A stretch of DNA of 29,572 nt from a virus (lineage: Duplodnaviria > Caudoviricetes): the IMG/VR virus record IMGVR_UViG_3300037560_000082, positions 1-29,572 of that record; one strand, written 5' to 3'. Shown in pieces: positions 23,453 through 29,572 of this stretch. Under the pieces are notes generated by a model, which did no database searches, had not been told where the DNA came from, and saw only the letters and a list, made by a program, of their open reading frames with translations. The translations under genes were made by a program, and so were the position numbers. Position 1 is the first letter of the stretch. Every line of letters begins with the position of its first letter.

Positions 23453-24788
23453 GCCAGAACTCCTGTTGTGCGTCACCTTCCATCTGGCCGAACAGGGTGT
23501 ACTCACCGAAGTAGTACATCAGCACGGTGCCAGTGGGCCCGTTGCGTTGCTTGCCGACGATGATCTCAGCGACCTTCTTCCACTTGGTCTGCTCGTCGTA
23601 CACCACATCGCGATAGATGAACAGGATCACGTCTGCGTCCTGCTCGATTGATCCTGACTCTCTGAGATCCGAGAGCCTGGGATGCTTGTTGTCTCGTTTG
23701 TCCACGTCTCGGTTGAGCTGGCTGAGTGCTACCACCGGGATGTCCAGCTCCTTGGCCAGCGACTTCAGGCCCCTGGTAATGTCCGAGATCTGCTGGGCCC
23801 GGTGGATCTGGTTGTCGCCACTCATGAGCTGGAGGTAATCCACGATGATCACCGCGAGATCCGGCTGCTGCTGTTTGACGCGCCGGGCCCTGGCCCTGAT
23901 CTGCTGCATCAGCATGGCCGGAGACTCATCCAGGATCATCTTCGAGTAGTTGATCTGGCCCACACCTTTTCCCACACTCTCCCACTGCTCATCGGTAATG
24001 TTGCCAGAGAGTAATCGATCGAGCGGCACCTTCGAGTGCTGAGCCACCGACCTGGTGACAATCTCCATCGACGACATCTCCATCGAGAACACCAGCACAG
24101 GGCTGGTCTGTCCTACGTGGTTGGCGATGTTGATTGCCAGGGCTGTCTTACCCATCGATGGCCTGCCAGCAATGATCACCAGGTTCTGTCGCTGGAGTCC
24201 GTTGATCTTCTTATCCAGGTCACGGTAGCCAGTCGATAATCCAGGGATCGATTGTTCCATGTGGAACATCGTATCCAGATTCTCCATCCAGCCAGGCATC
24301 AGCGCCTTGATCTCGACCGGGCCTGACTGCGAATGGTCGCGTCCTATATCCATGACCTTGGCCTGAGCCTCTGACAGTACCTCGTCTATCTCCCTGCTGT
24401 CGTCGGCTAACTCGCGCACCTGGTTGGAAGCAGCGATCATGTCACGCCTCACCGATCGCTCCTTCACGATCTTGGCGTAAGCACGGACGTTCGCAGAGCC
24501 TGGTGTCTCCTGGTACAAGGTCGCCAGGTAGCCAATACCTCCGGCATCAGCCATGAGATCCATTTTATTGAGATGGTCCTGCACCGTCACGATGTCCATC
24601 GGTGCGTCCAGCTCGTCGAGCTTCACCATGGCATCCCAGATAATGCGATGATCGGCTCGATAGAAATCGTTGCGCCCGATAATGTCCTGCACATCCATCA
24701 GCGCCTTGCCGCCTGAGTGGATGATGCCCCCCAGGACAGCCTGCTCTGAATCAATCGACATTGGTGGTGGTTTCATTACCTGGTTCAT
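23394..24788 (-). CDS. dnaB: Replicative DNA helicase DnaB-like
   Basis: SEQAVLGG, Walker A AGRPSMGKT, IIVDYLQLM, LSQLNR, SDLRESGSIEQDAD and KQRNGPTG. Confidence 0.97.
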   Translation of the reverse strand: MNQVMKPPPMSIDSEQAVLGGIIHSGGKALMDVQDIIGRNDFYRADHRIIWDAMVKLDELDAPMDIVTVQDHLNKMDLMADAGGIGYLATLYQETPGSANVRAYAKIVKERSVRRDMIAASNQVRELADDSREIDEVLSEAQAKVMDIGRDHSQSGPVEIKALMPGWMENLDTMFHMEQSIPGLSTGYRDLDKKINGLQRQNLVIIAGRPSMGKTALAINIANHVGQTSPVLVFSMEMSSMEIVTRSVAQHSKVPLDRLLSGNITDEQWESVGKGVGQINYSKMILDESPAMLMQQIRARARRVKQQQPDLAVIIVDYLQLMSGDNQIHRAQQISDITRGLKSLAKELDIPVVALSQLNRDVDKRDNKHPRLSDLRESGSIEQDADVILFIYRDVVYDEQTKWKKVAEIIVGKQRNGPTGTVLMYYFGEYTLFGQMEGDAQQEFWHDRHSGRRSRSRDSFDDSF

Positions 24789-25561
24789 TTCCTCTCCACG
24801 TATTTGTTCTCGAAGACTCCGACCATAGCAGTCTCTCTGATACAGAAATCGAAGTTGGCTACCCAGCTTCTGTCGTTCTGGCCGAGGAGGAACGGGCAGT
24901 TGTTGGTGATGAATTTGAAGTAGCGTTCCCAGGTTTCGAGATCGTTGAAATACCTCTCCTTACCCTGCACCTCGACACTGAATGTCTTCCACCTAGCTCG
25001 CATGGCTGCCTGTCTTTTGTTGTTGATGACTTTGACCCTGGGTAGGGCAGGGCAGTGTTCGTGATAGAGATCGACGATCGCCTGGTGGGGCACCCTCTCC
25101 GTAGGAGAGGTAGTAGGTTTGTTCTTGGTTCTTGGTTCTTGGTTCTTGGTTTGCATTGCGGATGCACATGCGTCCGCATCTGCGTCAGCATCTAACGTCT
25201 GGTTTTTCCAGCGTTTTTCCGCAGCCTTTTTCGCCTGGGCACCCTTCTTCTCGATGCGAACATACTCTCGATACAGTCTTCTGTTGATCAGGGTGTGGGA
25301 GTTGAGCTGCTCGAACTTATCATCCAGGTAGGTTTTCCAGATGTCCTTCCACTGCTCTGCATTCTGAAAGCCAGCTATCCTGGCGGCATGCCTCTGATCA
25401 TACGGAATGCCTCCGTTGTGCCACTGGTAGTTCATCAACCTGATCAGCGCACCGACAGCCTCTGGAGGCCAGGATGCGGTATCTGCGGTGAAGTCTCGCT
25501 CGAATAACGGATACCATGGCATCCTGGGCTTCCCAGCTCCAGCCAATGGTTTCTCGCTCAT
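24785..25561 (-). CDS. Replication initiator (DUF1376/YdaU-like N-terminus)
   Basis: PWYPLFERDFTADT...GALIRLMNYQW, a central repeat linker, and C-terminal SWVANFDF. Lies directly upstream of dnaB. Confidence 0.85.
   Translation of the reverse strand: MSEKPLAGAGKPRMPWYPLFERDFTADTASWPPEAVGALIRLMNYQWHNGGIPYDQRHAARIAGFQNAEQWKDIWKTYLDDKFEQLNSHTLINRRLYREYVRIEKKGAQAKKAAEKRWKNQTLDADADADACASAMQTKNQEPRTKNKPTTSPTERVPHQAIVDLYHEHCPALPRVKVINNKRQAAMRARWKTFSVEVQGKERYFNDLETWERYFKFITNNCPFLLGQNDRSWVANFDFCIRETAMVGVFENKYVERK
25121..25192. repeat. Putative replication origin inside the initiator gene
   Basis: (GTTCTTG)x4 at 25121-25148 plus three 12-bp units TTGCGGATGCAC, ATGCGTCCGCAT and CTGCGTCAGCAT at 25156-25191. 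Intragenic position as in lambda O. Confidence 0.6.
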
Positions 25562-25628
25562 GCGCCCCCTTCTCCGATTTAACTGTACCCTGGAGACACA
25601 TGGTATATGGCCTTGATTATGTGGTCAA
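25562..25628 (-). promoter_or_regulatory. Promoter plus leader motif for the replication operon
   Basis: TTGACC-N17-TACCAT-N9-GGGTACAGTT-AAATC-GGAG. Confidence 0.75.
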
Positions 25629-25632
25629 ATAC

Positions 25633-25696
25633 CTTGCAATCTGGTAGTCAAGCAGTCAGAATGTGGGCCTGGGTACGGTCGAAATTGGAGCCACAT
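25633..25696 (+). promoter_or_regulatory. Promoter plus leader motif for the recombination operon
   Basis: TTGCAA-N17-CAGAAT-N8-GGGTACGGTC-GAAATT-GGAGCC. Confidence 0.7.
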
Positions 25697-26752
25697 ATGT
25701 CAAACGACAAGCCTCGTCTACCAGCAGTTGTGCAGACTGCTCTCACTGGCGCTCGTCGTCCGTTCGAGAAGATCTCTGGGCAAGGTGGCCACCTGGTTAC
25801 CTGGGAGAAAGAGTCTATGTTCGCCATGCAAATACTGGCGAGGAATACGTTGCTCCAGAAATGCGAACCGCACACCATCCGTGATGCCGTGATCAACATC
25901 GCATCGATCGGACTCTCTCTCAATCCGGCGCTCAAGCATTGCGCCCTGATTCCCCGTTACAACAACTCGCTCAAGCTCTACGAGTGCCACTGTGATCCGA
26001 TGTACCAGGGCCTGATCGCTATCGCGACCGATGGCGGAGCTGTGATTAGCATTCGAGCTGATATTGTTCGCGAGATGGATCGAGAAGACCGACGCTTCTG
26101 GTATCGATCAGGAAGCGATCCGCACCTTCATCACGAACCAGATCCATTCATGAAAGAGAAGGATCGAGGCGAAGTGATCGGCGCGTATGCCATCGCTGAA
26201 ATTGCAGGATCCAAACATCCGCACATCACGTTCATGTCGATCGAGGAGATCGAGAACGTCCGTGACAAATCGGAGATGTGGAAGAAACACAAGAAGGGCC
26301 CATGGGCTGACTGGTTCCAGGAGATGGCGAAGAAGACCGTCATCAAGCGAGCGCAGAAGACCTGGCCGAAGGGCACTGGTCGCCTGGAGAAAGCCGTGCA
26401 GATGGCGAACATCGCTGAAGGTTATGCCGGTATGGATGAACCGATCGAAGCTGAATCGATCGAGCTGATCAGCGAGGATGAAGCCAAGGAGCTGCGAACC
26501 GCAGCCAGGAAAGCTCATCTCCGTGTCGAGAGAATCTACAAGGCATTCAACATCGACAAGATGGAGGAGCTGCCGAAGAAGGATCTTGACCTGTGCCGTA
26601 AGCGCATCAACCAGGCTGGACTGAAGTACATCCTGAAGTCCGCAGAAGACGAGCCCAAGGTTACCGTGTCAGCGAAAGACTGGGGCATGACCTATTCTGA
26701 TATGGAAGCCCTGGGTGCGGAATTTGAAACAAAGGCGACGATCAGTGAGTAA
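25697..26752 (+). CDS. recT: RecT-family single-strand annealing protein
   Basis: AVINIASIGLSLNPALKHCALIPR, MYQGLI, IGAYAIA and GPWADWFQEMAKKTVIKRAQKTWP. ATG at 25697 after GGAG. Confidence 0.92.
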   Translation: MSNDKPRLPAVVQTALTGARRPFEKISGQGGHLVTWEKESMFAMQILARNTLLQKCEPHTIRDAVINIASIGLSLNPALKHCALIPRYNNSLKLYECHCDPMYQGLIAIATDGGAVISIRADIVREMDREDRRFWYRSGSDPHLHHEPDPFMKEKDRGEVIGAYAIAEIAGSKHPHITFMSIEEIENVRDKSEMWKKHKKGPWADWFQEMAKKTVIKRAQKTWPKGTGRLEKAVQMANIAEGYAGMDEPIEAESIELISEDEAKELRTAARKAHLRVERIYKAFNIDKMEELPKKDLDLCRKRINQAGLKYILKSAEDEPKVTVSAKDWGMTYSDMEALGAEFETKATISE

Positions 26753-27047
26753 AGAATTCGAGGAATGGGATTTAATCGGAGAGCTGGGTGAGAAATTCCT
26801 GGCCGCTGGAACGAAGTACCAGGAGCTGAAGCTGGCCCTGGTCCATAGGGAGATCCAACGCATGGCCAATGACAAAAGCACGACAGTAAGCTGGACCGTT
26901 GAGAAGCGGGATGAGTTCAAGAAAGACTGGGAGAAAGCCGATGAGGCCGGAATACTGGACTTCACCTTCGAGGGCAACACGTACCTGGTGACCTACGGTC
27001 GCTACCTCATCGAATACCTGGACTACGTGTTGGGTGAGGCTGCTTGA
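26745..27047 (+). CDS. Phage hypothetical protein
   Basis: GTG start. C-terminal FTFEGNTYLVTYGRYLIEYL. Confidence 0.65.
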   Translation: MSKEFEEWDLIGELGEKFLAAGTKYQELKLALVHREIQRMANDKSTTVSWTVEKRDEFKKDWEKADEAGILDFTFEGNTYLVTYGRYLIEYLDYVLGEAA

Positions 27048-27241
27048 GGCTGGTAATTTACAACAGGTTCCGGCCAAAGGTAGCTCACTTGATTGACGAG
27101 ATGCCGAGACGAACGCTGTGCGGTCGCCGGTATCCAAGCATGCGCGGGCCGCAAACGATTTACACGGACGACCTGCACCTGTGCGGCGTCTGCCAGATAG
27201 TGCTGGAATGCAAGAGACGAGACGCTGGAGAAGCAGTATGA
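27044..27241 (+). CDS. Small zinc-binding protein
   Basis: AHL...TLCG...LCGVC. TTG start overlapping the upstream stop. Confidence 0.55.
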   Translation: MRLVIYNRFRPKVAHLIDEMPRRTLCGRRYPSMRGPQTIYTDDLHLCGVCQIVLECKRRDAGEAV

Positions 27242-27429
27242 ATATCAACCCCAAAGACATTGAAGTCCGTTCAATGGTGATCGTTTATCTAAATATAGCA
27301 ATCATCCATGGCTTCTACGATGAAGATTGCGCTGGCTCGACAGATGAAGGTTATTTGTATCTTCACACAGAAGGCAAAACTGTAAAAATCCGCTTAGACG
27401 CAATACAGGCAATAGAATACGATGGCTGA
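27238..27429 (+). CDS. Hypothetical protein
   Basis: ATGA overlap, SD GGAG, AT-richer than neighbours. Confidence 0.55.
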   Translation: MNINPKDIEVRSMVIVYLNIAIIHGFYDEDCAGSTDEGYLYLHTEGKTVKIRLDAIQAIEYDG

Positions 27430-28117
27430 GCAACGAACATTAGGATGGTTCACTGATCGCTGGGGCAAGATCACCATGTCCAGGCGCATCGATACTCTCC
27501 TGGGCAACCACGTCCACGATCTGAACAATCTGCTGAAGACCCTGAAGTGGGAGCAGTTCGATGCCGTGCCGGATCAGATCCGTGAAGCCTTCGAGGCTGA
27601 GACCAGGATCGGTGACGCGAGCCCGGCCATGTCCCACGGCAAGCGCCTGGAAGAACCTGGGATCTGTCACTACGAGATGACCAGGAATATCGAGGTTATC
27701 CGTGCTGAGTTCATGGTCCATCCAATGTGGCCTGACCTGGTAGGAGATTCAACCGACTTCATCGAGACGGATGATGGCACCCTGGAGGGTGTCCCGAAGT
27801 TCGCCTGCGAGGTGAAGTGCCCGTACAAGCCAGAGAACCACAAGAAGTCCCTGCGATTCGGAATGCAGGGCTGGCATCACAACCAGACTCAGGGGCACAT
27901 GGAAGTACACGACTTGGACCTTGGCAAGTTCGTGAGCTACGATCCGCGACACCCTATTGCAGAGCAGCAGATCTACGTCCAGGTAATCGAACGTGATCTT
28001 GCCTGGCAGAAGTTGTTCCGCGAGAAGATGGAGATATTCGATGACCACTTCAGACATGGGACTTTTTACGAGCATGCCGTTGCCAAGGCCACGGATGGAA
28101 TCCCCTCTATGTTCTAA
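27422..28117 (+). CDS. YqaJ/lambda exonuclease-like recombination nuclease
   Basis: EQRTLGWFTDRWGKIT, AMSHGKRLE, DSTD, EVKCP, QTQGHM and FVSYDPR. Confidence 0.9.
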   Translation: MAEQRTLGWFTDRWGKITMSRRIDTLLGNHVHDLNNLLKTLKWEQFDAVPDQIREAFEAETRIGDASPAMSHGKRLEEPGICHYEMTRNIEVIRAEFMVHPMWPDLVGDSTDFIETDDGTLEGVPKFACEVKCPYKPENHKKSLRFGMQGWHHNQTQGHMEVHDLDLGKFVSYDPRHPIAEQQIYVQVIERDLAWQKLFREKMEIFDDHFRHGTFYEHAVAKATDGIPSMF

Positions 28118-28118
28118 G

Positions 28119-28283
28119 ATGAAGCCGATGACAGTCGAGCAAGAACAGGCTATGGCGAAATACAAAATTGATCACGGTTTCAGGAATGAATGCAATCTCA
28201 AAACATGGCGAAAACTCTGGACAACGCACCAAGAATTGATAGGAGCATTATCAGATGGATCTACAACTACAGGTAAACAGTGA
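28119..28283 (+). CDS. Small hypothetical protein
   Basis: 54 aa, fills the gap. Confidence 0.45.
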   Translation: MKPMTVEQEQAMAKYKIDHGFRNECNLKTWRKLWTTHQELIGALSDGSTTTGKQ

Positions 28284-28611
28284 CGACATCCAAGATCCTG
28301 GACTGTTCCAGGTCGGGGAAACAAACGTAATGATCACGCCACCAGTTGGCGACGAAGACTACTGGCTGTTCAAGGTCATGGTCTCCGACAACCAGGCGAT
28401 CGTCGGCTTTCCAAAATTCATGCAGGTCGGTATCGGCTTCCAACAGGAAGAAGACTGGAACAGCAACCTGCCAAGCACCAGCGATGCCGAGAAAATTTTT
28501 AACCACATCAGCCATAACAAAGGCGACGACTCGATCCCTGACGACCGCTGCATTGAAGCGATCGAGATGATTCGTACTGCCGCCTCCGCATACCAGGAGC
28601 AACAAACATGA
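28255..28611 (+). CDS. Phage hypothetical protein
   Basis: MITPP...YWLF...GFPKF...GIGF..EEDWNSNLP. SD AGGAG. Confidence 0.7.
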   Translation: MDLQLQVNSDDIQDPGLFQVGETNVMITPPVGDEDYWLFKVMVSDNQAIVGFPKFMQVGIGFQQEEDWNSNLPSTSDAEKIFNHISHNKGDDSIPDDRCIEAIEMIRTAASAYQEQQT

Positions 28612-29336
28612 GACCACAGATCCAGACTCCAGCTACGCTGCTCACGCAGTCACAGCCGCTCATCGACAACGCCAACAACCTGACTGACCAGGCTGAAAAA
28701 GCGGTGGTCTCGACCACTGAGGAGTTCGCCATAGCAACTGACTTCGTGCGAATCTGCCAGGGACAATTCAACATGGCGGAAGACGCCAGGAAGGCGATCG
28801 TCCAGCCACTGAACGATCACGTAGGCTGGATCAATGATCAGTTCCGACCGATTACCACTGCTCTGAAATCTGCCAAAGACAAAGTGTCAGCGAAGGCTGC
28901 CACCTGGCAGCGAGCCGAGGATAAGCGTGTACGCGAGAAAGCAGCAGAGGAGCAGCGCCTGGCAGATGAGCAAGCCATCAAAGACGCTGAGGCCGCAGCA
29001 GAAGCCGGTGACGATGAGCGAGCTGATGCCATCCTGGAGGTCGCCGCAGAAACGCCAGCTCCAGTGGCAAGGGCTCCTGTCGGCAGAGGTACGCTGACAG
29101 GCGCTACCGGAAGCACCAGGACCAACTGGAAAGGCGAAGTCAAGTACGACGACATCTTGGATGTCTGTCAGGGCATCCTCGATGGGAAGTTACCGACCAA
29201 CATCATCAAGGAATGGAACAAGACCGTGATGAACGGCATCGCTAAACAGATCGGCGCTGACTGGCCGGAAGACCAGGACGAAGGCAAGCATCACGGCATG
29301 ACCGTGAAGCGAGATGTCGGGCTGTCAGTGAGATGA
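28608..29336 (+). CDS. Coiled-coil phage protein of recombination modules
   Basis: EDARKAIVQPLND...INDQFRP, an Ala/Glu-rich helix, and RTNWKGEV. Confidence 0.7.
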   Translation: MRPQIQTPATLLTQSQPLIDNANNLTDQAEKAVVSTTEEFAIATDFVRICQGQFNMAEDARKAIVQPLNDHVGWINDQFRPITTALKSAKDKVSAKAATWQRAEDKRVREKAAEEQRLADEQAIKDAEAAAEAGDDERADAILEVAAETPAPVARAPVGRGTLTGATGSTRTNWKGEVKYDDILDVCQGILDGKLPTNIIKEWNKTVMNGIAKQIGADWPEDQDEGKHHGMTVKRDVGLSVR

Positions 29337-29402
29337 ATTATTCAGAATGGGCATGGCACCTGCGACTGCCACCACCACCACCATTATGATAAAGGATAGC
29401 AG

Positions 29403-29572
29403 ATGAACAAAGTAATCATCATGGGAAATCTGGGCCAGGATCCGGACACCCGCTACATGCCATCCGGCTCTGCGGTGACGCAGATCAGTGTGGCCACCAA
29501 CCGTAGCTGGAAGGATAAAGACTCAGGCGAGCAGAAAGACGAGACCTCCTGGCATCGATGCGTAGCCTACGG
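29403..29572 (+). CDS. ssb: Single-stranded DNA-binding protein (partial)
   Basis: Manual translation: [56 protein letters not shown]. Confidence 0.95.
   Translation, partial: MNKVIIMGNLGQDPDTRYMPSGSAVTQISVATNRSWKDKDSGEQKDETSWHRCVAY

Noticed and set aside
25607-25696. N-terminal 30-aa extension of RecT in the ORF track (likewise 16652, 18585 and 11067 starts)
   Set aside because: These overlap promoters or upstream genes, and downstream ATGs are better placed.
1-29572. Stop-codon reassignment, inteins or introns in core genes, tRNAs
   Set aside because: TerL, DnaB, RecT and portal read through at normal lengths in the standard code, and no tRNA cloverleaf was recognised by eye.

Overview
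The window is a ~29.6 kb segment of a tailed dsDNA phage (Caudoviricetes). No host genes, integrase, repressor, tRNA or CRISPR array were recognised. The left part (1-16209, minus strand) is the packaging region: small terminase (15238-15927), about 9.2 kb holding roughly 30 short accessory ORFs, large terminase (4404-5996), two receptor-binding-like genes, and a portal gene cut by the window edge. The middle part (16241-21780, plus strand) is three promoter-to-terminator early cassettes, including a DUF932-like gene and a stand-alone TopoVI-A/TOPRIM-like gene. The right part is a lambdoid-style divergent pair: initiator, DnaB, Ref-like and RusA leftward, and RecT, YqaJ and SSB rightward, with no cI/cro between them. 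Four observations stand out. (1) Two adjacent genes fuse twin-arginine (Tat-like) signal peptides to pieces that resemble a phage major capsid protein. (2) A GGGTACAGTC...GGAG leader follows six sigma70-like promoters, and two antisense copies sit in hairpin loops just before terminators, suggesting an antisense-RNA regulatory network. (3) An FN3-like domain appears split, with one beta-strand encoded by a separate 39-aa peptide. (4) Copies of origin-type repeats occur far from the predicted origin. All family assignments come from motif recognition by eye, not database searches.
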